Both the position numbers and the translations under genes were made by a program. 64,000 nt of DNA from Candidatus Latescibacterota bacterium (GTDB taxonomy: Bacteria; Latescibacterota; UBA2968; GCA-2709665): NCBI GenBank assembly GCA_965208835.1, contig OZ242358.1:5116621-5180620 (forward strand), in the 5' to 3' direction. Under the pieces are notes generated by a model. That model worked only from the letters and a program-made list of their open reading frames with translations. It did not search any database and had not been told where the DNA came from. Positions within the stretch are counted from its first letter, which is position 1; every line of letters starts with the position of its first letter. Below, one piece after another: positions 36,310 through 45,358 of this stretch.

Positions 36310-38160
36310 TTACTCCGGGTACCGCCGTTCCGCCGGTTTCACCCACCATTCCAGAAAGTCGGTCCATCCCGACGGATACCAATTTACTCCTCGAAACCGC
36401 CGGCTGTACGCCGTTACCCCACGGCCCACAAAAAGAAACGTATACGGCTGCTCCTCGTGCAGGATTTCCTGGAGCCTGCGGTAGAGTGAAATCCGCCGTT
36501 CAGTGTCAAACGTACGGCGATACCGTTTCAGTATCCGATCCGCCTCTTCATTCTCGAAACACGAATAATTCCCGCCGTCCTCCACCTGCGACGAATGCCA
36601 ACTCGAATAGAGGTCGAGAGGCACCGCCGGATGGCTTCCTCCGCCGGAGAATAACGCCTCGATCTCCCGCTTTCGCAACCGCTTGAGGTAAATGGAATAG
36701 TCGATTTCGCGTACGTTGCAGTCGATTCCCACGTCCGCCAGTTCGTCTTGCAGAACCAGGCCGATGTCCTTGCTGAGTTGAGATCCTGCCGGTACCAGGA
36801 ATTCAAACCTGAATGCGGTCTGGTCACCGTCCACAACCCGATCCAGAACGCCGTCGCCGTCTGTATCGAACCAGCCTGCCGCCTGAAGCAACGAGACCGC
36901 ATGATCGCGGTCGTATTGGAGCGGTTCCAGGCCGGCGTAATATTCCGGACGGGTCATATGCACCGGTCCGTCGATGGTAACCCCGAGTCCATGGATCAAA
37001 TCTCGAATAATGCTCTTGCGCGGCGTCAGATGCGTCATCGCCCTGCGGACCCGTGTATCGCGAAAAATCGGATGGGTGTTGTTCCAGATGATGTAGTTGA
37101 TACCGCTGGCGTATCGGATGACCTTGAGAAAACGCGACGTAAATTCAGGCGACCAGCTTTTCTCCTTGAACGGCAGGGGATACATGTTCAAAACGTCCAG
37201 ATTTCCATTGGTCAGTTCGATAAACGCGGCATCCGGATTGACGACCACTTTGAAAACCAATTTATCGACGAAACCGGAAGGTGGAAGGTCCTTCCTGCCG
37301 CTTCCCCAATAGTTCGGGTCACGGTCCAGAACGGTCTTCCCGGTTGACGCCGCATCTTCGACTGAGGATACGAGCACGTAGGGGCCGGACCCCAGTACGC
37401 GGCGGTTGAAATCCCTGTTGAACCGCTCCGCGAAACGCCGCACCAGGTCGGCCTGCTGACCTGCCTCCCACGTACCGTCGATGAGCGTCTCGATGGATAC
37501 GCCATCCATCAACCCGTCCGGGTCGTAGTAGTGTTTCGGCAGGATCCACCTTCGTCCGATGTTGATCGCATTATAGAAATACGGTTCGCCGTAGACAAAC
37601 GTGATCCTGTAGGGTCCTTCCAACCGGACCGCTTTGAGGTCCTTGAACCCGCTTCGCATGTATCCGGATAACTGGACCTCCGGATTCTTGATCACCTTGA
37701 AGCTGAACAAGACGTCCGCCGCGGTCACCGGCCTGCCGTCCGAAAAACGGGCGTCTTCCCTAATGTCGAATGTATACGAAAGCTTGTCCGGGGACACCGC
37801 CGGATAAGCGACGGCCAGTTTTCCCTTGAATTGGTATGGCGGCGCGTTCTCTCTATACAGCAAAGGCTCGAGCATGTTCTCCAGGATTCTATGAGAGCCA
37901 TAGTCCACCTTTTTGTACGGGTTCAGCGTTGCGGGCTCAGAAAACGCGTGGAGAACCAGCCAGTCCCCGTAGACAGGGCGTTCGTTCCCTTCGTACCTCG
38001 CCGGAACCTTCTCGATGCCGTCGAGTACCATCAGCCCCTGATCCTCCGCGAGAATCTGCTCGACTTTTTTCCATATTTCACCGGTGCCAGCGTCGACGAT
38101 GAAGAAGCTGAAGAAATTCGTAAGGGCGAACAAGACCGTACTTGCAATTGACGTGTTCAA
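36310..38160 (-). CDS. ABC transporter substrate-binding protein, family 5 (peptide/nickel type), no adjacent permease
   Basis: 'EPATLNP', 'YTFDIREDARFSDGRPVTAADVLFSF', 'GSGPY', 'FRDTRVRRAM', 'LQEILHEEQPY'. Start is uncertain (38211 or 38160). Confidence 0.85.
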   Translation of the reverse strand: MNTSIASTVLFALTNFFSFFIVDAGTGEIWKKVEQILAEDQGLMVLDGIEKVPARYEGNERPVYGDWLVLHAFSEPATLNPYKKVDYGSHRILENMLEPLLYRENAPPYQFKGKLAVAYPAVSPDKLSYTFDIREDARFSDGRPVTAADVLFSFKVIKNPEVQLSGYMRSGFKDLKAVRLEGPYRITFVYGEPYFYNAINIGRRWILPKHYYDPDGLMDGVSIETLIDGTWEAGQQADLVRRFAERFNRDFNRRVLGSGPYVLVSSVEDAASTGKTVLDRDPNYWGSGRKDLPPSGFVDKLVFKVVVNPDAAFIELTNGNLDVLNMYPLPFKEKSWSPEFTSRFLKVIRYASGINYIIWNNTHPIFRDTRVRRAMTHLTPRKSIIRDLIHGLGVTIDGPVHMTRPEYYAGLEPLQYDRDHAVSLLQAAGWFDTDGDGVLDRVVDGDQTAFRFEFLVPAGSQLSKDIGLVLQDELADVGIDCNVREIDYSIYLKRLRKREIEALFSGGGSHPAVPLDLYSSWHSSQVEDGGNYSCFENEEADRILKRYRRTFDTERRISLYRRLQEILHEEQPYTFLFVGRGVTAYSRRFRGVNWYPSGWTDFLEWWVKPAERRYPE

Positions 38161-38271
38161 AGGAGCCACCAATGAATGACAAGCTTTATCACCGTTAATC
38201 ACCCGCTGCAAAGCTCATCTGTCCAAAATCGTTTAATCCAACCGCTACCACGACATGATCCACCTGTAACC

Positions 38272-38419
38272 GGAGCGAGGGGATCCTACCCTCGAATTTC
38301 GCGTCACCTACCGACAATCGCGCCGAGAGTCTGACGCGTCCATTCAAACCGACACCGGTTCTCGGAAAACACCGCGTGCGACGAGTTATCTGATCTCGAG
38401 GGCAGGATGCCCTCGCTCC
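38272..38419. repeat. Inverted pair of REP-like palindromes
   Basis: GGAGCGAGGGGATCCTACCCTCGA (38272-38295) and TCGAGGGCAGGATGCCCTCGCTCC (38396-38419). Confidence 0.6.
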
Positions 38420-38939
38420 CGGGAATGCCAACCACGCCGGTCCGAAATCAGTTTCAGTCTTGGACTGCCGCGGCCAAAAGAGGGGGATCTGCATTGGCAC
38501 TTCGAAGCGACTGTCAAGAGAACCAGGTACTTGCGCATCCAAGATCGTCTTTTTCAAGCTATCTTGGTCAGCAGTGAGTCGGAATAATGACGGAAACCAA
38601 GTCTTGATGGCTCATGGTCAACACGAAATACGCCCCCGGGGGTACCGGAGGCGCGTAAAGGACGTCGATCTTCTTTCAGGTGCTGCCCAACGGTGGGTCC
38701 GGCTTACCCCTGAAATCGCCTGGCCGAAAGCGCACGAATATAAGCGCGAATTAATGAACTGTCAAATGTGAACGGCACTTATCGGTCAAGACTTCATCTG
38801 CAGGGATAGAAAAAACCGTCGCATTGTTGAAATAGCGCTGAAGTCCGGAATAGAAGCCGCATATCGACGAGGGTTAGACCGATGGGAATGGTGCGGGGAT
38901 GTTGCAAGTTTGGCCCTAAACCTATGAATATGACGCGAC

Positions 38940-38972
38940 GACGCCCCGGCAAACGGGTTGTGCCGGGGCGTC
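38940..38972. terminator. GC-rich hairpin, probable terminator downstream of the TA pair
   Basis: GACGCCCCGGCA, 9-nt loop, TGCCGGGGCGTC (12-bp perfect stem). No strong U-tract. Confidence 0.5.
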
Positions 38973-39006
38973 AGTATGATTAAATCTCGCTTTTTCAACG
39001 AAGAAA

Positions 39007-39366
39007 TCATCGAATGCCGGACATTCTTCTTTCCTCTCTCCGCGTCTTGTCATACGCACTTTGCCGATTTTCCATCTCTACCACATGAACTTTCCCCTCA
39101 ATCCGCTTGTAGTAGATCCTGTAAGCACCCTTATCAATCCTGAACATCGGATCATTCGGAGGACGACCCTGTATCTTGATAGATCTCCGTCTATTCACAG
39201 GGTCTTTGAGACCTTCTATCGCCTCAAGAACGCGACTTCCCACATTCGGTTGCACCTTACGCTCAATAAACCGTGAAACACGCCGGTATATGATAACTTC
39301 CTGATATACCGACTCCTCCGAGTTTTCTGGCTTTGTCTGCTCCTGATGACCCCGATTTCCGCGCAC
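39007..39366 (-). CDS. RelE/ParE-superfamily toxin (putative)
   Basis: Small basic protein 'VSRFIER...RVLEAIEGLKDP...IKIQG...MFRIDKGAYRIYY...VHVVEMENRQSAY'. The GTG start overlaps the upstream TAG. Confidence 0.7.
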   Translation of the reverse strand: MRGNRGHQEQTKPENSEESVYQEVIIYRRVSRFIERKVQPNVGSRVLEAIEGLKDPVNRRRSIKIQGRPPNDPMFRIDKGAYRIYYKRIEGKVHVVEMENRQSAYDKTRREERRMSGIR

Positions 39367-39569
39367 TACCTGCCAGGCTTTATCCTTGCAATAAACCGCC
39401 GCTGTTCCTCCTGCGACAACGGACGGTTTTTCACGGTACGAATGTCTTCATCTATCTGCAAAGACCGCGCCAGAAAAGGGTCTTCCATATCTTCTTGAAT
39501 CACGTCTTCAGGACGCTCGCCACGTCTGACCCGCTCAATCAACCTCATTGCGACATCGACAACTCCCAT
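39366..39569 (-). CDS. Putative antitoxin (67 aa)
   Basis: 'MGVVDVAMRLIERVRRGERPEDVIQEDMEDPFLARSLQIDED...', RBS GGAGG, translationally coupled to the RelE-like gene. Confidence 0.55.
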   Translation of the reverse strand: MGVVDVAMRLIERVRRGERPEDVIQEDMEDPFLARSLQIDEDIRTVKNRPLSQEEQRRFIARIKPGR

Positions 39570-39674
39570 TTCATCCTCCGTTGTCGTTTCCGTCCATTGC
39601 ACCAGTAGCCCTGATGTGACTCTTCGTCCTATTTTCCGTTCGTTTGACTGGTAGAATGCAATCTGATGGTTTTC

Positions 39675-40034
39675 TGGTGGAGGCGGCGGGAATCGAACCC
39701 GCGTCCGAAAGCAGATCAACGACAGCGTCTACGTGTGTAGTTTACCTTTTGAATCTCACGTGCGGGCGCCCCGGTAAACGGGGTTGCCGGCACGCCAGTT
39801 CAATCAACTCTCGCTCACGGACCCTCGAACGGAGGTCCGCGAGCCAGCCCGCATAAGTCGGCGCTCCGGTCGGGCCCTGCGGGCGAAGCCCGTCGGAACG
39901 GACTGCGTTTTAGTTACGCAGCCATTGCGTACGTATCGTCCGCAATTATAGAGTGTTCCCACAGTTTAACGAGGACATGGGACCTCGACACGCAGCCATC
40001 GCCTCTCCACCCCCGTCGAATCCAGGTCGCCCCC
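39675..40034 (-). ncRNA. ssrA: tmRNA
   Basis: 5' GGGGGCGACCTGGATTCGAC and 3' GGTTCGATTCCCGCCGCCTCCACCA, acceptor stem with G3-U pair. Tag frame 39943-39914 after ATAATT encodes (A)ADDTYAMAA*. Confidence 0.97.
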
Positions 40035-40080
40035 ACACGAGTGTTCTGTCCCGGGCAGCCTGGTCGCCCGGGCAGGTGAA

Positions 40081-40109
40081 AATATAGCCCGGCTGGACTT
40101 CCCTGTCAA
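40081..40109 (-). promoter_or_regulatory. sigma70-type promoter of ssrA
   Basis: TTGACA, 17 bp, TATATT, about 45 bp upstream of the mature 5' end. Confidence 0.75.
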
Positions 40110-40199
40110 GCCGGGCGCTGCAATCCGGATACACAGGTTCCACCGGACCGGACGCAGATTCGAGAGCGTTCGCCTGCTTCCGGTCCCGCGGGCGACTCG

Positions 40200-41036
40200 T
40201 CATTCTACACGAAAGAGGACGGAATCCGCGGCCATGGATGCGAATAACCCGATTCCGCCCTCGATATGAAATCGAGGTTCGTCGAGCGTGGCCCCGTCCT
40301 GCTGGCTCGAGATCAGAAAGTCTCCGTAATTCTCGTCCAGGGAAAAGACCAGAAACGAATAGGATCCATAATAGGAAAACTGAAGGGGATTCAACGTCTG
40401 GGATTGCCCTTGCAGGAACCGCCATTGGTCCGCCCTGGCGATACTGTCCCTCAGTGCGCCGAATCCTGTAGTGTCAATCGCACCGCCGAAGCCGCCGCCA
40501 AACCGCCCGCCTCCGAACTGGCTCTCCGGTGGAATTCGCTCCAGAAGTTCCAAAGCCTGCCTTGACGTGACATAACCGCCATTTGTCTCGCCTTCCCACG
40601 TCACACGATACGGATCGCCGCCGACGTAAACCACGGGCGCCCCCGAAGCCATCGGCGGGAACGGCACGGTCGTCTGCGCGGTCGCCGTCCCCAACCCCGT
40701 CGTGACCGACAGATGGTAGGTTTTTCCCGGTTGGACGACCAGGTCCGGCTGATGGTAGGTGCCTGGCTTGTCCGGTACGGATGATAGAGAATGCGTTACG
40801 CCGTCCACCGTTATCGTGACGCCTGCATCGGAAAGCGCGCTGGCGTCGCGATCGTATTCGCTCGAAAGCGGCATCGTCGTGCCCACGAATAAATCGGAGA
40901 CGTTGCTTCCCGCTTGAAGATAGCCTTCGATAAGAATCGTCTCTTTGAATTCCCCCAGCGACTCTGTCGGCGACGTACTGCACGCGCCGGACCCAAGACC
41001 AACAACCGCACACAGAATCAAACGCAAATTGATCAT
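40200..41036 (-). CDS. DUF4249-like lipoprotein, partner of the TonB receptor
   Basis: Lipobox 'LGSGAC', 'ILIEGYL', 'VQPGKTYHLSV...TAQTTVP', 'HIEGGIGLF'; lies directly downstream of the receptor. Confidence 0.75.
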   Translation of the reverse strand: MINLRLILCAVVGLGSGACSTSPTESLGEFKETILIEGYLQAGSNVSDLFVGTTMPLSSEYDRDASALSDAGVTITVDGVTHSLSSVPDKPGTYHQPDLVVQPGKTYHLSVTTGLGTATAQTTVPFPPMASGAPVVYVGGDPYRVTWEGETNGGYVTSRQALELLERIPPESQFGGGRFGGGFGGAIDTTGFGALRDSIARADQWRFLQGQSQTLNPLQFSYYGSYSFLVFSLDENYGDFLISSQQDGATLDEPRFHIEGGIGLFASMAADSVLFRVE

Positions 41037-41059
41037 ATAAATTCCCTCCGCCGGCCGTC

Positions 41060-43507
41060 CTACATGTTGAATCGTAGACCGACACTCGGCAAAATGGGCT
41101 GTAATAACACATCCTGTACCAGAACTTCCGGCTCGGTCGCATCGAACGAGCGATACCACACGTTACGCCGGTTGTAGACATTGAACACGCTGAACACCAG
41201 CTCCCCTTCGACGCCGCCCAGGTTTATTTCACGCGTGACGCCAAGATCGAGCCGATGATAGGCCGGCAGCCGGTAGGCGTTCTTTTCCGAAACATGGACG
41301 TAGGGTATGGTCTGTCCTGTAGGCTGTTGCACCTCATAACGCGCCTCCGGGATCGTATAGGCCTGTCCTGTGCCATATACCCAGTTCAAGTTTAGGTTCC
41401 AGCCTCTGCCCACGTAATAGTCGGTCACCAGGGAAAGGTCATGACGTCGATCGTACTTTGGCGGAAACGGTTCGCCATGATTCAGGTCCGCAAATGTGTG
41501 CTCCGTTTTGCTCAGGGTGTATCCGATCCAACCCTTCAGGCGCCCTTCCGTCTTCCGAAGCAGGATCTCTCCGCCGTAGGATGTGCCCGATCCCGTCACA
41601 AACAGGTCGGAGAGGGGTGTGGAGTCGTCAAGACGCACCTGAGACTGGAATTCCACGAGGTCCTCGAGTTCCTTGTGATAATACTCCAGATCGACCTGCC
41701 ATCCTTCGTTTGGCGTCAACATGAGGCCGAATGCGCTGTGAACGGCTTTGCCCGGCGTCAGGGTCTCGTCCACCGGCAGCCACATATCCGTCGTGTACGT
41801 GTTGGCTTCTATCGAAATCAGGTTGACGAACTGGTGGTAAATGCCCCAGCCGCCCTTGAACGCGAACTTCTCATCGAGTTGGAACAGTCCCGTCGCGCGC
41901 GGCGACCATCGGGTATAATCGCCGCTGTTGAAGTGACTCACGCGAATCCCGGGCGTCAGTTCCAGACGACCCAGGCGCATCACATGCTCGAGGTAGCCCG
42001 TCTGGTACAGCGACGCGGTATTGATTCCCGTACGGATCGAATCGCCCACACCCTGCCGGTAAAAGGCGTCGTAGGCCGTGAGTTGGGCGCCGAAACGCGT
42101 GGTGTGATAGGGGCCCGAATAGAGGTCGAACGTCGCCTTCGCCGTGACGTCGTTCAGCTCGTTGTTGCGATTCAGCCCGAATCCACGCCCCTGGCGGCCC
42201 TCTCCACCTTGCCCCGCCTGATCGGCGTTCTGGTTCGTCGCGACGTCGAAATTCGAGATGTATCGGCTTGCCGAAATCTGGACGTTGCCGATCAGGTTGT
42301 CGGCGTAGATGCGCTGCCATTTGAACCGCGCGATCTGGTTGCCCCAGTCCATGAGTTGTTCTCGCGTCTGCTGGCGAAACGACGGCAGGGATAGATCCAG
42401 CGCGTCACGGCCCGCGTAGCCGCTGATGGAAATGCTGTTATTGTCCGACACGTCCAGGTTCAGCTTGAAATTCGTATCGTAGAATCCGTAGTCCTGATCG
42501 AAGTCGCCTGTCTGCTGTTGAAAGTTGAATCTCGTCCCTCCAAACCGCCCGCCGCCAAACCCGCCGCCGCCGAATCGGGGCGGCCCGCCGCCAGCGCCAG
42601 GGCTCGCCGAAATCGTGCCTATCCGGGTGCTGAACATCTCGTCTACCAAGTGGCTGAAAAGCGGCGACTCCAGGACCTCCTGGTAGGTACGTCGACCTGA
42701 CAGCATCCAGGATCCGCGATCGCCCACGGGTCCTTCGATCGTCAGACCCGCGCTGATGAGGTCCATGGATCCTCTGGCATCCAGAGATTTCCGGTTGCCG
42801 TCGAGGTTCGTAATATCGAGTACGCTCGACAGCCGGTCGCCGTACCGCGCGGGAAATGTGCCCTTGATTAATGTCACGTCCTTCAGCGCATCGGGATTAA
42901 ACGTGCTGAAGAAGCCGAACAGGTGGTTCGGGTTATAGACGACCACGTCGTCGAGGAGAATCAGATTCTGTCCGGGCGTGCCCCCCCGAACGTACAGCCC
43001 CGCGGAATTCTCATTGCCTGCCTGAACTCCGGGAAGAAGCTGAATGCCACGCATCAGATCGGGCTGCCCCACCGTTGGAATGCGCGCCAGTTCGGTGACG
43101 CGGGTGCCGAACGCGCTAACCGGTGTCAACTCTGTCGTCGCGACGCGGTCTCCTACGACTTCTATTTCGTCAATCGTCAACTCCACGGGATCCAGCTCGA
43201 TCACCACCCTCGCGGTCTCGACCGACTCAATGACGACGTCGACGGATCGACTGGTGTAACCTATGAAGCTCGCGGAAATGACGTGTCCGCCCGGCGGGAG
43301 ATTCCCGATAACAAAGTAACCGGACTTATCCGTGGACACCCCGATGTTCAGACTGTCGATCACGACGTTGGCATTCGGCAATGTTTCACCGTCTGTGGCG
43401 TCGCGCACCGTGCCGCGTACCGACCCGAGCCCGTAGGCCTGCGTACTGAAGCTCAACGCCGATACACAAAAAACCATCGATAAAATCCGTCTCACACGCG
43501 CCTCCAT
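41060..43507 (-). CDS. TonB-dependent outer-membrane receptor with N-terminal carboxypeptidase-regulatory-like domain
   Basis: Signal peptide, 'GTVRDATDGETLPNANV...SFIGY', plug 'QLLPGVQ...LYVRGG...NPNHLFGFFSTFN', 'RLPAYHRLDL', 'FNVYNRRN'. Confidence 0.92.
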   Translation of the reverse strand: MEARVRRILSMVFCVSALSFSTQAYGLGSVRGTVRDATDGETLPNANVVIDSLNIGVSTDKSGYFVIGNLPPGGHVISASFIGYTSRSVDVVIESVETARVVIELDPVELTIDEIEVVGDRVATTELTPVSAFGTRVTELARIPTVGQPDLMRGIQLLPGVQAGNENSAGLYVRGGTPGQNLILLDDVVVYNPNHLFGFFSTFNPDALKDVTLIKGTFPARYGDRLSSVLDITNLDGNRKSLDARGSMDLISAGLTIEGPVGDRGSWMLSGRRTYQEVLESPLFSHLVDEMFSTRIGTISASPGAGGGPPRFGGGGFGGGRFGGTRFNFQQQTGDFDQDYGFYDTNFKLNLDVSDNNSISISGYAGRDALDLSLPSFRQQTREQLMDWGNQIARFKWQRIYADNLIGNVQISASRYISNFDVATNQNADQAGQGGEGRQGRGFGLNRNNELNDVTAKATFDLYSGPYHTTRFGAQLTAYDAFYRQGVGDSIRTGINTASLYQTGYLEHVMRLGRLELTPGIRVSHFNSGDYTRWSPRATGLFQLDEKFAFKGGWGIYHQFVNLISIEANTYTTDMWLPVDETLTPGKAVHSAFGLMLTPNEGWQVDLEYYHKELEDLVEFQSQVRLDDSTPLSDLFVTGSGTSYGGEILLRKTEGRLKGWIGYTLSKTEHTFADLNHGEPFPPKYDRRHDLSLVTDYYVGRGWNLNLNWVYGTGQAYTIPEARYEVQQPTGQTIPYVHVSEKNAYRLPAYHRLDLGVTREINLGGVEGELVFSVFNVYNRRNVWYRSFDATEPEVLVQDVLLQPILPSVGLRFNM

Positions 43508-44086
43508 TTTTCCCCCGGCGGTTGTTGATTGAGACTCAGGCAGCCGTTTTGTTAGATTGAGACCCTGGTCTTTCCGTTCCCTTTCCTGATTGCAAGAATG
43601 GTGTAAATTCAACCTGATGCGCATGAGACGGGCACGCAAAATTGCACATAGCGCCATACTGAGTACCCGTGCCGGTTCGGCAATGCCAAGTGAGAGGCTG
43701 CCGCGTGAAACGAGGCGTCGTAATCGAGGGGAGGCGTGTGGCGGTGTAGTGATACGAGAAACGCCTCCCCGGGGGTTTAAACGGAGAGACGTTGTTCGTC
43801 CCGAATGCCCGGGCGCAAGCCGTCAGGCGCGGGCGGTGGCTTCGCCCCATTCAATGGGCGTTGACGCGGACGGATATGGGAAGGGTGTTCGTCGACTCGA
43901 CTTCCGTTTCTGTACGGAAGAAACGACGGATCACGACGTGGCTTTGTCCGCCCGAGAATCCCGAAAAGCGCGGAATACCGTATCGGAACGTCTGACAGGA
44001 AGAGTGCGTATTAGCAGAGGAACAGGTAATTGGAAGGCGGAAAACTGGCGGGAACAATTCAGATTCAACGAAAACCTGGGGAAACG

Positions 44087-44299
44087 TCAGGAGAAGACTT
44101 TCAAGACGACGGTGAGTATAAGACTGCCAAGTGTAACAAAGGATGTGATCTGGATCCCGACAATCCATCGCAACCATTGCTGCTGGCCATCCAATCGTCT
44201 GTCAATGCTGTTGAGCCGTTCATTGATCTGCTCAATGACGCCTTCGAGTCTGGCCTGGCGGCTGTCAAGATCCGTAACTCTGGTTTCGACTTCGTTCAT
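44087..44299 (-). CDS. Small coiled-coil protein with C-terminal transmembrane helix (XhlA/DUF1640-like)
   Basis: 'RLEGVIEQINERLNSIDRRLD...RWIVGIQITSFVTL'; RBS AAGGGA; own promoter at 44342-44370. Confidence 0.65.
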   Translation of the reverse strand: MNEVETRVTDLDSRQARLEGVIEQINERLNSIDRRLDGQQQWLRWIVGIQITSFVTLGSLILTVVLKVFS

Positions 44300-44341
44300 T
44301 CTGATTCCCTTTCAACAGGCTAAATTTGGATTGCAGGACGA

Positions 44342-44370
44342 AATATACCCCGGTAGACTTTCCCCGTCAA
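44342..44370 (-). promoter_or_regulatory. sigma70-type promoter
   Basis: TTGACG, 17 bp, TATATT, upstream of 44299. Confidence 0.6.
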
Positions 44371-44680
44371 GGCCGGCAAGTTTCTTTTCCTGAAAATGTA
44401 CACCAGACTTGCCGGATATAAATCGCAAGATCAGGTACGCTGGCGGTCACCGCCCGGGCGCCGGGCTTCGCCTCATCGGCTGCCGCGTCCGGTAGGTGAG
44501 CGAACGCCATGCCCACTCTACAGGCCCGAAGCGGTACCGGCGCAGCCACAACGGCGAGGCGATGAGCTGCACGGCCCAGACGCCTGCCATCACCGCGTAG
44601 CCTCAACAGGAACATCGATGGTCGGAAAGGGGGAATCCGACGGCCACCAGTCGACGGGCAGCGGCCAACCCAGCGACCTG

Positions 44681-45230
44681 GCTATCAGCTGTCAGCCGTC
44701 AGCTATCAGCTAAACACAGAAACGAAAGGCAAAATCAAAACCTACCACTCCACGCCCCCCGCAGACCTCTCTCCCCGGCTTTCAGTGGTGGGCTGAGAGC
44801 AAACACCAAATTCAAAAACCCCTTTTCCCCAAATTCCCTGCCTACGGCGTGTTCCTTTTGAAGCGACCAAAAGGAACCAAGAGTCGCCGCTGGGCGCGGG
44901 GCCTGCCTTATGCACAGCGCGAATACCCTCACAGAACTCACCCCATACGATGGCCTGCCAACACCGGCGGATAACGCAAATCAGTGCGGGACGGAACAAC
45001 GCGCCCTGCTCCGGTAGTCCTCTCGAGTGGCATCGCGTTCGGAATCCGAATTCCTATCCGATAGCGAGACCCCGTGCGGAGATTGCGTCGGTACAGAAAT
45101 TTTGCAGTGCGGTTTTCGCTCTTGGTTTTGAGCTTAAGGCTGATAGCTGACGGCTGACAGCTTGTCTTCCTGCAGTGTGGTTTTCGCCTTTGGTCTTAAG
45201 CTGATTGCTGACGGCTGATAGCTGACAGCT
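44681..45230. repeat. Heptamer (TCAGCTA/TCAGCTG/TCAGCCG) tracts in inverted arrangement
   Basis: Tract 44681-44711 versus reverse-oriented tracts 45139-45162 and 45199-45230; another tract at about 54503-54527. Confidence 0.65.
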
Positions 45231-45243
45231 TGCCTTCCCGTTG

Positions 45244-45272
45244 TTGACCGGTGTTCCGCATTCGATTAAATT
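45244..45272 (+). promoter_or_regulatory. sigma70-type promoter of ilvD
   Basis: TTGACC, 17 bp, TAAATT. Confidence 0.5.
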
Positions 45273-45358
45273 AAATCCGGAATGAATGAAAACAAGCCGG
45301 AAAAAATCCTGGCACGCGGACAAGACGGCTTCAGTCGGATAAACGAGAAAGGAAAACC

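Noticed and set aside
38460-38926. Plus-strand frame continuing through TGA 38769-38771 (recoding or pseudogene)
   Set aside because: No recognisable family and no evident SECIS-like hairpin; it may be a decayed gene but cannot be supported.
36310-39675. Integrative element or prophage inserted at the ssrA 3' end
   Set aside because: No integrase or phage genes, and I found no second copy of the ssrA 3' end (att site) by eye.
39570-39719. N-terminal extension of the 117-aa ORF 39366..39719
   Set aside because: It starts inside the tmRNA; the RBS-supported start is 39569.
43630-43647. Second sigma54 promoter (GGGCACGCAAAATTGCA)
   Set aside because: GG-to-GC spacing is 11 instead of 10 nt, and it points away from the TonB receptor gene.
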